Positions 18,525 to 28,000 of a DNA stretch of 64,000 nucleotides are shown one piece after another. A program made the translations under genes and the position numbers. Numbering within the stretch: the first letter of the stretch is position 1; every line of letters starts with the position of its first letter. The stretch spans positions 1,184,001-1,248,000 of the forward strand of contig OZ245006.1 of the NCBI GenBank assembly GCA_965223545.1, given 5' to 3'. This stretch comes from Planctomycetota bacterium. Lineage in GTDB: Bacteria > Planctomycetota > UBA1135 > UBA2386. Below the pieces are notes generated by a model. It saw only the letters and a program-made list of their open reading frames with translations. It did no database searches and was not told the DNA's origin.

Positions 18525-20492
18525 TCACAGATTGGGAAACTCGATCAGGCCATCCTCCGGAGCGATCGAGGCGCGCGCCAACTCTCTTGTCGAGTCCGCC
18601 AACGCAATCCAGGTCACTTCATTCGGGACCCAAACGCGCTCCTCAGCCCCCACCGCCATCGCTCGCAATCTCACACTGCGACCACCCGAACCCAACAGCA
18701 AGTCCACGATTCCAGTCTTGCCTGCTGACCGAACCGTCACCCAGCGGCCGCCCAACGAAGAAGTCACGTGATCGCGGGACGACGAAGGCGAGACGACGAC
18801 GTGTCCGCGGAACCACTTCTGGCCCGCGCAGGACTCCCAGATCTCGATCTCGGACGCTCGCCCCTTGACCGCGAGTACCCGCAATCTCCCATCAGCATCA
18901 GCTTCAATCGCTGCAGAGAAGCCGATGCGTCGCCAGTGCGTGCTTCTCGCCCTGACTTCCCCACCGAGCTGTGCAGCAACCCGAATGGTCACGAGTGACA
19001 CACTGGGCCCCACGTCGCCTCGTGGCGGCGTGGTTGATTCCCAACGTGAGATCGGAACAGACGAAACAACCAGAGATTTGCCCCATACCTCGACCTCGCT
19101 GGGTAGCGAACCAGCTTCGTGCGGGGTGAGCCGCACGTCGGCCTCGCCGTTTCTGACGAGCTTTCCGGCTACGAAGATCTGAGACTCACCCAAGAACTCC
19201 TGCCCCAGCCGAAGGCCCGCCACGATCGCGGTGACTGGTGCCTGACCGGAGACCTCTAGTCGACAGTGATTCTCTCCAGGCTGCACGCGAACTCGATCGA
19301 GCAGGACCGGCTTCGCGGTCGGCAATGCCTTCCACCAAGCCGAATAGACCCCCGGGACGAGGTGCCGGAAGCGGATTCGCTGCGCTACAGGTCGCCGTTT
19401 CACCAACAGCCTCGCACCAATGGCTCGGATCAAGGTCTCTGACAGCGGTTGAGAGGCCTGCTCGGGCCCCGTCAGCACGATCTCGCCGGCGCCGTTCAAC
19501 GAAGCACCGCTCACCCGAGCATCGAGGGTGAGCCATGGGCGGCTCGGGCGCACCCGCGCGACGGCGGCCCCAGAAAGCTCCTTCTGCGTCACCGTGACCC
19601 ACCCGGAGACGTTGGCGAGGACCAGCCCTCCCCGACCGAGATCACTCGACCGAACGAACACAAAGGAGCGGTTGGCCAGGAATGGCCCCGCCTGCTCGCT
19701 GTATCCAGCGAGCGGACCATTGGGTTCAGAGACGCCGACCATGCTGACGCCGGGTTCGAGCTGCGTGACGAACCGTTGCGATCGAAGAACCTCGAAAGCT
19801 CGAGCGCCCGAATCGGCATCCACGACGGCAAACGACTCACCGTATCGGTTACCAACCGTGATCGACAGGATGGTGCCCACGTCTGCGCGAAAGCGCAGTA
19901 GTCCGTCGCGATCTGCCCTGGCAACGCGTGCGGGTGTTTGATCGGGAGAGCCTCGTCGCAGGCTCGTCACCTGGTACAGCAAGGCACCAGCGTCACTCCG
20001 CGCCAACCCCGATACGACCGGCAAGACAAACTCAACGAGTGGGACCTGCGCGCAGTCGATCCGTACGAGATTCGTTCCGGCCTCGACAATCAGTTTCCGG
20101 TGCAGCGCCAACGTATACGGTTCGTCAATGCCGATCACGACCTGCGCGCCCACCCTCGCCGGCCCCCTAAATACTCCACTTGGAGATCCCGTGCGCTGCC
20201 AGAGGCGTCCGCGGCCCACCTCGTGGCAAGTCACGCTCAGCTCGGAATCCGCGGTCGCTCCCGAAACAGTGACCTGGACTTCGGCTTCGTCCCCCGGTGG
20301 CAACGCCTCGACGTTGCCCCGTCCCGGCGTAACCAGAATCTCACCCTGGCCGCCGTGGTGGAGACCACCGTTTCCACCGACGGTAGGGATGGCCACAGTC
20401 CCCCGGAAGACAACGAATGCGCACGCCACCAAGGCCATGGCAATCGCGCCACACCCTGCCGTTGCCGTCCACGATCGCCGGATGGACATCAC
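18525..20492 (-). CDS. Hypothetical membrane-anchored beta-rich protein (carboxypeptidase-regulatory-like segments)
   Basis: 655-aa ORF with N-terminal hydrophobic helix, ADRDGLLRF / ADADGRLRV / FRHLVPGVY motifs; DNA visibly more A/T-rich than the flanks. Confidence 0.6.
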   Translation of the reverse strand: MMSIRRSWTATAGCGAIAMALVACAFVVFRGTVAIPTVGGNGGLHHGGQGEILVTPGRGNVEALPPGDEAEVQVTVSGATADSELSVTCHEVGRGRLWQRTGSPSGVFRGPARVGAQVVIGIDEPYTLALHRKLIVEAGTNLVRIDCAQVPLVEFVLPVVSGLARSDAGALLYQVTSLRRGSPDQTPARVARADRDGLLRFRADVGTILSITVGNRYGESFAVVDADSGARAFEVLRSQRFVTQLEPGVSMVGVSEPNGPLAGYSEQAGPFLANRSFVFVRSSDLGRGGLVLANVSGWVTVTQKELSGAAVARVRPSRPWLTLDARVSGASLNGAGEIVLTGPEQASQPLSETLIRAIGARLLVKRRPVAQRIRFRHLVPGVYSAWWKALPTAKPVLLDRVRVQPGENHCRLEVSGQAPVTAIVAGLRLGQEFLGESQIFVAGKLVRNGEADVRLTPHEAGSLPSEVEVWGKSLVVSSVPISRWESTTPPRGDVGPSVSLVTIRVAAQLGGEVRARSTHWRRIGFSAAIEADADGRLRVLAVKGRASEIEIWESCAGQKWFRGHVVVSPSSSRDHVTSSLGGRWVTVRSAGKTGIVDLLLGSGGRSVRLRAMAVGAEERVWVPNEVTWIALADSTRELARASIAPEDGLIEFPNL

Positions 20493-20696
20493 TTTCTTGC
20501 CGCCAGAGCCATCGATCGCCGACGGCCCTCATGCTCTCGCGGCCACGACACGGTTCCAGGATACCGACATCGCTCCTACAGAAAACGACGCGACCCAGAT
20601 GCGGGCGCGGACAGGAGCGCGCGGCCGCCGACCCCATGGGTGCTTGCCAAGCGCCGGAAAGAACGAGACGATGAACGACGAAGAGCGTCAGAGATC

Positions 20697-21182
20697 GTGG
20701 TCACTTTGCAGCGAGAGCGCCGGGCAGGAAGCGGCGGTACCCCCTGCGCCCTCGGGGCCGTCATCCTCATTCAGGCGGCGCTCGGCACGGAAGCCCTGTT
20801 GGAAGTGGTGGAGCGGACGGCAGAGGGAGGAGCCCTCATCGGCCTGAGCCTGGCCCGGTTGCCCATCGCGGTGGGGCTACTGCTGCGCATCCGGGCTTGT
20901 TGGCACGTGGCTCGGATCTTCTTGCCGATCGAAGCGGCCTTTCTCGGCGCGTTCGGCATCGTGCTTCTCTTCTCCAGCCGGCCGCCCACCCTGGACCTGG
21001 CGTTCGTCGAGCCCCACGCCATCGACCCGGCTTGGGCTGCTCTGCTCGCGTTCGCACTGGCCGCCCTCTCGGGTTGGCAGGCGCTCGCCCTTCGACGCTC
21101 GGAAGTGCAAGCGCTGTTCGTCGCTGATCGACCAGTGAGCCGGGCGGGGGGCGTGACGGCACACCCCGCCAATCGCCGCTAA
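20697..21182 (+). CDS. Hypothetical membrane protein (about 4 TM)
   Basis: Hydrophobic C-terminal part of ORF 19938..21182, ending LRRSEVQALF; GTG start is a guess. Confidence 0.5.
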   Translation: MVTLQRERRAGSGGTPCALGAVILIQAALGTEALLEVVERTAEGGALIGLSLARLPIAVGLLLRIRACWHVARIFLPIEAAFLGAFGIVLLFSSRPPTLDLAFVEPHAIDPAWAALLAFALAALSGWQALALRRSEVQALFVADRPVSRAGGVTAHPANRR

Positions 21183-21234
21183 CACGCGAGCTCGACGAAA
21201 GGTCGGAGCAAGAGCCCACGCGGCACTCCCGACC

Positions 21235-23409
21235 ATGCTGACCTCGATGCTCCTGATCGCGGCCGCGCAGCCGCAAGTCCCCGACCCCCACTTGCGCGTG
21301 GACCAGTTCGGCTACCGCCCGCTCGCCGTCAAGGTCGCCGTCCTGCGCGAGCCTCGCATTGGCTACGACGCGCCGGCGCCGTTCGTGCCGGGCCCGGCGG
21401 TCGAGGTGCTGCGCGTCGCCGACGGCTCGGTGGCTTGGGCCGGCACATCGGTGGCTTGGAGCGGCGGCGCGACGCACGCGCAGTCCGGTGATGGAGCTTG
21501 GTGGGTCGACTTCTCGGCGCTGCAGGAAAGCGGTGCGTTCGTCGTCCACGACCCGGCGAGCGGCCGGCGGTCGGCCCCGTTCGAGATTGGCACGGCGGTC
21601 TACGACACCGCGCTGCGCGCCGCGCTCCGCATGTTCTTCTACCAGCGGTGCGGAGTCGCGAAGGCGGCGCCCTACGCCGAGGCCGGGTGGACCGACGGCG
21701 CCTGCCACGTCGGCGCCGAGCAGGACACCGACTGCCGCGCCGTCGGCAACCCATCGCCGGCCACCAGCCGGGATCTGAGTGGCGGTTGGCACGACGCCGG
21801 GGACTACAACAAGTACGTCAACTTCGCCGATCAGCCGCTGCACTTGCTGCTCGACGCCTACCGGGCGACCCCGGCCTTCTCGCGCGACGATCGGGGCATT
21901 CCGGAGTCGGGGAATGGCGTGCCGGACATCCTCGACGCGGCGCGCGTGGAGCTCGACTGGTTGCGCAAGATGCAGAACGCGGACGGGTCGCTGTTGCACA
22001 AGGTGTCGGTGACCGACTGGTCGACGGCGAGTCCGCCCAGCGCCGACCGCGCGCCGCGGCGCTACGCGCCGCCGACCGCGTCGGCGACGGTGTCGGGGTG
22101 CGCGGTGTTCGCACACGCGGCGTACGCGTTCGGGGCGCGGCCGGACACCGCGAGCCAGGCCTATGCGCGCCAGCTCGAGGCCGACGCGGTGCGCGCTTGG
22201 CAGTGGCTCGCCGCCAATCCCAACGCGATCCCGTCGAGCTACACCAACGCCGGCTTTCAGAGTGCTGCCGCCGAGGACAGTGCGTACTGGCAGGACATGA
22301 ACCGGTTGTCGGCGGCGGTATGGCTCTACGCGTGCACCGGTGACCCCACCTACCTCGCGTGGTTCGACGCGCGCTGGCAGCAGTCCAACCTGGCGCGCTG
22401 GAGCTGGGCCTCGCCGTACGAAGTGGAGTTCCACCTGCCGATGCTCGCGTACGGCGACTTGCCCGGCGCGACGCGGTCGGTCGCCGATGCAATCCGGCGG
22501 ACGTTTGCCGCATCCGTCAGCGGTGCCGCGCACTTGGGGGAGGTCGCGGCGGGCATCGACGCCTACCGCGCCCCGCTCGGCGATCAGGACTACGTCTGGG
22601 GCAGCAACGCCACCAAAGCCGGGCGGGGGTTGCTGTTCGTCCTGCTCAACCGATACGGGCTCGCGCCGGGAGTGGCGCGCGCCGCGATCGCCGCCGCCGA
22701 GGACTATCTGCACTACTTGCACGGGGTGAACCCGCAGGGCTTCGCCTTCCTCACCGGAATGCCGGCGGCGGAGGGCGCGGTGACCGAGATCTACCACGGT
22801 TGGTTCGCGGACGGCACGCCCTGGGACAGCAGCCGGACGTCGCCGATCGGCCCGGCTCCCGGGTTCGTGCCAGGCGGCGCCAACCCGACCTACAAGCCCG
22901 ACCCCGGCTATCGCGGCCCGCCGATCGCACCACCGCAGGGACAGCCGGCGCAGAAGAGCTATCGCGACTGGAACACCGGGTGGCCCGAGAACTCGTGGGA
23001 GGTCACCGAGCCATCGCTTTCCTACCAGGCGCCCTACGTCGCGCTGCTCGGTGCGTTCGCGGTCGCGCCTCCGCCGCGGCTGGCACTGTCGGTGTCCCCA
23101 CTCGTCGCAGGCGCTGCGGCGGACTGGACCGTAGGCGGGGCAGCGGCCGGCCAGCTCGTCGCGATCGCGTGGGCGTTGGCGCCGGGGCGCACGCGCATCG
23201 CGCTCCCGACCTGGCCACTCGACTTGGGCTTGGCGCTGTCGTTTGCCCCGCCGGGCCCAGTGCTCGGCGCCGGCGTCGCCGGCGCGGCCGGGCAGTGGAC
23301 CCTGACGGTGGGCTCGCTGCCGGCGGCGGTCGCCGGAGCGCGGCTCTGGTTCCAGGCCAGCGCCGCGGGCACTGTCGTCCCGCTGCACTCGGCCGTCGTC
23401 GCGCGCTGA
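21235..23409 (+). CDS. Glycoside hydrolase family 9 with N-terminal Ig-like domain and a C-terminal beta domain
   Basis: LRVDQFGY, FFYQRCG, DLSGGWHDAGDYNKY, YVWGSN, YLHGVNP, SWEVTEPSLSYQA. Confidence 0.92.
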   Translation: MLTSMLLIAAAQPQVPDPHLRVDQFGYRPLAVKVAVLREPRIGYDAPAPFVPGPAVEVLRVADGSVAWAGTSVAWSGGATHAQSGDGAWWVDFSALQESGAFVVHDPASGRRSAPFEIGTAVYDTALRAALRMFFYQRCGVAKAAPYAEAGWTDGACHVGAEQDTDCRAVGNPSPATSRDLSGGWHDAGDYNKYVNFADQPLHLLLDAYRATPAFSRDDRGIPESGNGVPDILDAARVELDWLRKMQNADGSLLHKVSVTDWSTASPPSADRAPRRYAPPTASATVSGCAVFAHAAYAFGARPDTASQAYARQLEADAVRAWQWLAANPNAIPSSYTNAGFQSAAAEDSAYWQDMNRLSAAVWLYACTGDPTYLAWFDARWQQSNLARWSWASPYEVEFHLPMLAYGDLPGATRSVADAIRRTFAASVSGAAHLGEVAAGIDAYRAPLGDQDYVWGSNATKAGRGLLFVLLNRYGLAPGVARAAIAAAEDYLHYLHGVNPQGFAFLTGMPAAEGAVTEIYHGWFADGTPWDSSRTSPIGPAPGFVPGGANPTYKPDPGYRGPPIAPPQGQPAQKSYRDWNTGWPENSWEVTEPSLSYQAPYVALLGAFAVAPPPRLALSVSPLVAGAAADWTVGGAAAGQLVAIAWALAPGRTRIALPTWPLDLGLALSFAPPGPVLGAGVAGAAGQWTLTVGSLPAAVAGARLWFQASAAGTVVPLHSAVVAR

Positions 23410-23426
23410 ACGAGACGCGGTGCTAG

Positions 23427-23447
23427 CCCAACTTCCGCAGTTCGACG
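23427..23447. repeat. IS terminal inverted repeat (left)
   Basis: CCCAACTTCCGCAGTTCGACG, preceded by CTAG (23423-23426). Confidence 0.9.
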
Positions 23448-23491
23448 GGTCGTCACGTTGAAAAGCAACGACTTACGTCGATTGGTTGGCA

Positions 23492-25252
23492 CTACATCGC
23501 GGTCGAACGGAGTGGCGCGGGGACGGATAGCCTCCTGGGTAGCTGGATGCCGAGCCGGTCGAGCAGGTGCGCCTGCGCCTCGTTGGGGGTGACCACGCAG
23601 CGGACCCGGAGTTCGCGGCCGTCAGTAGTTGGCAGGAGCACGTCTGCGCTTTGGACCTGACGGAGCTCCTCGAGGATGGCGGCCGGGCTGTTGCCGAGTC
23701 CGGCCTTCTCCTGCCAGAGCTCGAGCGTTTTCCACAAGGCGTAGGCGAGGAAGCAGACGAGGATGTGCGCCCTGACCCGGTCCTCGCGTTGATGCCACAC
23801 CGGGCGGATCGACAGCTCGGACTTCTGGATCCGAAACGCGGACTCAGCATCAGTGAGCTGGATGTACGTCCGCCAAAGCTCCTCATCTGTCCAACCCGTC
23901 ACGTTGGACCTGAGCAGGTAGCACCCGGCGCTCTGGTCCACCCAGTTCGTGTTCTCACAAGCCTCCACGGCAAGCCCCGATGGTCGATCCGGGGCTTCGA
24001 TCAACGAAACCGAGAAGCACGTGGAGGCCCGCGAGTTCTGGGCCAAGATGCGTCCGATCTGTTGATTGACGCGGTCCCGTTCGATCGACTTCTTCGACGC
24101 CGCCAGTCGGCGTTCGAGCGACGCAAGCCTCGCGCGAATGCGTTCGGCTGCTCGCGCGACAATTGCGGCGTCCTTCTCGATGCGCGCCTGGGAGCGACAC
24201 AGGATGAACGTCTCCTCCCCGTCCTCGCTCGGGCAGAGCTTGACCTCGACATCCTCACGAATGCTGCGCCAGTCTCGACGGTCGACGATCTCCTGTTCGA
24301 AGCGGCGCAGGTCCGAACGCGATGCGCCGATGACGTACCGTCGCCTTCCCTCCTTCAACCATTTCAGGTTGCGCTTGCTCACCATTCCGCGGTCCATGAC
24401 CCAGATGCGATCAGCAGCACCGAATCGCCGCTCCATCGTCTCGACGATCTCGCGGACCGTCGTGACGTCAGTCCGATTGCCGTCGAACACTTCGTGCGCA
24501 AGAGGGATTCCCTGTCTGGTCACGACCAGAGCGATGCAAACCTGTTTGCAGTCAGGCCGGTGATCTCGGCTGTAGCCACGCTGCGCCTGGGGGTTGCCCA
24601 GCATGAGGCCTTCGAAGTAGGTCGAGGTCACGTCGTAGAGCAGCAAGTCGTACTGAACGTCGAACAACTCGCCGAGCCGTGCGCGGAGATGCTGCTCCAG
24701 CGCCTCTTTGTGCGGCAGGATCTGGTCGAGAGCCCGGTAGAGCCGGTCGTCGTTGACCTTGCCTTCCGGCAGGCCAAGCAGGTCGTCAAGCGCGGTCTGG
24801 CGGTACAGGACTTCAGCCAGGTGCAGCTCGCTGGAGGGCATGCACAACCGACAGATGACCATCGCTGCCGCCATCGTCGACCACGGGACATCTTCACGGC
24901 CCCGCGGCATGAGCTCCCAGAGTGCGTCGTCGAACTTCAGTGCGTGCCACAGCGCCAGGCCGACGAAAACGTCGCCGAAGCGGCGTGTCCGGTCGAGGCT
25001 GACCTCCTTCAAGCGAATCGACTCGACCGGGTCGTCGTCTGTCACCGGTGGCTCAAACAGGCTCGGGTGCATTCGGCGACCGGTCATCCGATCTGCCAGC
25101 GCACGAGCCCGGCGTCGCCCCTTCGCATCCAGTTTGCCCAGCTGCGCGATCACCTCCTGCCGCACTCGACGACCGTGCCGCACCGACCGAACGAGGAGCC
25201 AGTACTCGTGGGTCTTGCCGTTCTTTCTGACCGTCTTGCGTCGCAGGTACAC
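23492..25252 (-). CDS. IS1634-family DDE transposase
   Basis: (M)YLRRKTVRKNGK..YW.LV.SVR N-terminus, LYRALD, LYDVTSTYFEG, RGYSRDHRPDCKQ, VMDRGM, ESAFR..KSEL.IRPVWH, RAHILVCFLAY; GTG start at 25252. Confidence 0.93.
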   Translation of the reverse strand: MYLRRKTVRKNGKTHEYWLLVRSVRHGRRVRQEVIAQLGKLDAKGRRRARALADRMTGRRMHPSLFEPPVTDDDPVESIRLKEVSLDRTRRFGDVFVGLALWHALKFDDALWELMPRGREDVPWSTMAAAMVICRLCMPSSELHLAEVLYRQTALDDLLGLPEGKVNDDRLYRALDQILPHKEALEQHLRARLGELFDVQYDLLLYDVTSTYFEGLMLGNPQAQRGYSRDHRPDCKQVCIALVVTRQGIPLAHEVFDGNRTDVTTVREIVETMERRFGAADRIWVMDRGMVSKRNLKWLKEGRRRYVIGASRSDLRRFEQEIVDRRDWRSIREDVEVKLCPSEDGEETFILCRSQARIEKDAAIVARAAERIRARLASLERRLAASKKSIERDRVNQQIGRILAQNSRASTCFSVSLIEAPDRPSGLAVEACENTNWVDQSAGCYLLRSNVTGWTDEELWRTYIQLTDAESAFRIQKSELSIRPVWHQREDRVRAHILVCFLAYALWKTLELWQEKAGLGNSPAAILEELRQVQSADVLLPTTDGRELRVRCVVTPNEAQAHLLDRLGIQLPRRLSVPAPLRSTAM

Positions 25253-25394
25253 GTCCGCCGCCTCGCACACAGTTGTCGTGCTCCCTGCCACACCGATCAA
25301 CGGGGCGGGTTGGCACTACACGGCCGATCTGCGCCGCCGCGACGGTGGATAGCGGGCTGGCGCCGCGCCGAGGCTCCGAATTGGCCTCAAAAAT

Positions 25395-25415
25395 CGTCGA
25401 GCTGCGGAAGTTGGG
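25395..25415. repeat. IS terminal inverted repeat (right)
   Basis: CGTCGAGCTGCGGAAGTTGGG (reverse complement CCCAACTTCCGCAGCTCGACG), followed by CTAG (25416-25419). Confidence 0.9.
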
Positions 25416-25460
25416 CTAGGAGCCCTGGTCAAGGCAGCGCTGGCACCCGCCCCACCGAGA

Positions 25461-27909
25461 TCACTGAATGGTCATCGCGAGCCCATTCGACGCCGAGACA
25501 CCCGACGCCGGACACTGCGGCCCGATGGTCGATGCCAGCCAAACGAACTGCGCGACGAAGCTCGTTCCGACAAGGCCCGCGCGACTGGGCACACGCACCG
25601 AGAAGTCCGCGGCACCCCGCGCATCGCTCTGTATCGGAACCGCCAGCGTCCAAGCGCCCGCGGGATCGACCCAGAAATCCACGCCAGCCACCCGGATCGG
25701 CGCGGTCGCCGCTTGCGCGCCGAAGTAGGCAGCGCCAAATCCCGAGGCCGGGGCGTTGCCACACGTCACAGCGAACGTCGTGCCCACCAAGGGCATTGCG
25801 TCGATCCCGATGGGCAGCGGCCCGGTACACCCGGGGCTCGACGCACCAAAAGTACTCGCGCCGGTGGGCAGAAGGTCCAGGCTGGTCATCACCGCGTCGC
25901 TACCGCCAGCGTAGACGGGCTGGAATGCGCCCGGTGTCACCGGGTACTTCATCTCGGCAACACCCACGACGATCGCCGCGTCCACATCGTCGATCGAGAC
26001 CCCGACAAACGCCTCGCTGCCACGACTGCTCCGAACGAAAGTCGAGTAGATCAGCCGGTCTCCTTTCGCGGATAGCTTCGTGACGAACGCTTCGTTTGTT
26101 CGCGCGGAAGTGGCGAACAGCGGTTGATAGCTGCCGATCGTGGTGGGGTAGTTCGGCGATGCGGTCATTCCGACGACAACGGCCTCACCGCGGGAAGTGA
26201 GCGCTAGTCCCAATGGGTGGTCGGGACCGAAGCCGCCGAGATACGTTGCGAAGTTGACGCCACTTCGTCGCCAGCCCACGCCAAGACGTCGTAAACCCCG
26301 TGACCGTCATAGCCCCGGCTGCATCCATCGCGATCTGCCGGATGCCTTCGCCGTCGCTGCCGCCGATGTAGGTGGAGAAGACGAGGGACGACCCGCTGGG
26401 GTCGAGGCGAGCAATGAAGCCGTCGTTGCCACCCTGCAACGTCGTACCATGCGCCCCCGGAGTCGTCGGAAAGTCCGTCGACCCCGTCGCTCCCGCGACC
26501 GTCGCGGCCCCCGTTGCGTCGGTCACCACGGCGAAGCATGCGTCCCCGAGGAAACCACCGAGCAGAGTGCTGTAGACCAGCGCGCTCCCGCCCACCGCAA
26601 CGCGCGTCACGACCCCATCGGGCTGCACCCCCTGACGCACGGTCTGCAACGCGCCCGCAGTCGTGGGGTAGTTCCCCGACGACGTGCTCCCGACCACAAT
26701 GGCGCTGTCGTCTGGAGCGAGGGCAACGGCCGCGCCGTAATCCTGACCGGGGCCACCGATGTACGTGGACTCGATCAGGCCACCGCCAGAAACCGACAAC
26801 CGCGACAAGAAGGCGTCGGAGTTGCCGTTGGCCGTGCGATCGTAGGCAGTCGTTGTGGTGGGATAGTCGGGGCTGTCCGTCGAACCGGGGATGACCACAT
26901 GACCCAACCGATCGATCGCGATTTTCCCAGGGCTGTCCTCGCCCACACCTCCGAGCAGAGTCGCGTATCGCAGCTGTCCGGCAGCAGAGAGTCGCGCGAC
27001 GAAGATGTCCTTGCCGCCGTTGAACGTCGGATCGTACGCCCCGGGCGTCACCGGCAAGTCTCCGGAGCGGGTCGTTCCGACGACGATCAGCTCACCCGAA
27101 CGCATGCGCGCAACGTCGAGCGCCGCGTCCTCCCCGCTGCCACCGAAGTACGTGGACCACGTGAGGCCGGGGTCGATGATCAGCGTTCCCGGTCCACGGG
27201 CGCCGTGCAGCTCGAACCCGAAGGCCCGATCGCCGACCCGCCGGAAACTGCAGCGAACCGGGCGCGCCGTCCCATCGCGCTCCTCCCATCCAATCGGCGC
27301 GGATTGTCGTAGCACTCCCGTAGAGCCCGCCAGTAGCAGATCTCCGTTCTCGGCGACGAAGGGCGCGTCGAAACCGACACACTCCACGACCACCTGCCTC
27401 GGATCCGCCCCCGGTTGCAACGCCAGGTCGTAGTGGACCCGACCATCCGGTGATCGTCGAAGGAGGAGATCGACACCGTCGTACAACCCGCGGCAGATCA
27501 GCGACTCGTAACAACGCACGCCGTGTCGCCAGCGCGCCGGATCCGAGCCCTTGATGAACGAGAACCTCTCCGGCCGGAGCTCCTCGCCGACAAGCCGACA
27601 CTCCGGCGAAGACCCTCGAAACGAGAGTCGCAATTCACGACCGTCGTTCTGAACCGGCCGCAGGACAATCGAGGTCGAACCGATGCCGATCGTCATCTGC
27701 GACGTGGCCGCCCCGAAGACGACGCCTTCATGCCACTGGCCTGCGTTCTCCACGACCCCCCCGGAGAGGAGCGGCGCGACCCCCCTGACGACGCCAGGGA
27801 TACCCGGAGCCTGTGGGGCACACGACGTCCTGGCCGCTGCAACGCCACCCGCGCACAGCGCCAGAACGATACGGAGGTCAAACCACTGGACGGAAGGAAC
27901 GGCCATCAC
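25461..27909 (-). pseudogene. SBBP beta-propeller repeat protein, split by a frameshift/deletion near 26280
   Basis: ORF 26185..27909 (VENAGQW, LIIDP.LTWSTYFGG, G.T.S.DFPTTPGA repeats) continues in another frame as ORF 25461..26279 (FATYLGG...EAFVTKLS...YSTF plus C-terminal domain); one repeat lacks its central part. Confidence 0.75.
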
Positions 27910-27955
27910 CCGATTCGACCCATCGTAGAGGGATCGATCACATCGAGGATGGCGC

Positions 27956-27984
27956 TGGCGAGAAAATCGAGCCTGACTCCGTAC
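27956..27984 (+). repeat. 29-bp dispersed intergenic repeat, copy 1
   Basis: TGGCGAGAAAATCGAGCCTGACTCCGTAC; 27/29 identical to 48025-48053. Confidence 0.85.
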
Positions 27985-28000
27985 TAGTGGCCCATGCGTG

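Larger units (their letters stand above)
23427..25415 (-). mobile_element. IS1634-family insertion sequence (1989 bp)
   Basis: 21-bp terminal inverted repeats with one mismatch, flanked on both sides by CTAG, enclosing a single transposase ORF. Confidence 0.9.

Noticed and set aside
21170..21234. Stop codon within GCTAAC, resembling an integron attC R'' site
   Set aside because: No matching GTTRRRY end or attC palindrome, and no integron integrase
23567..26083. 838-aa plus-strand ORF across the IS
   Set aside because: Antisense to the transposase and crosses the IS boundary
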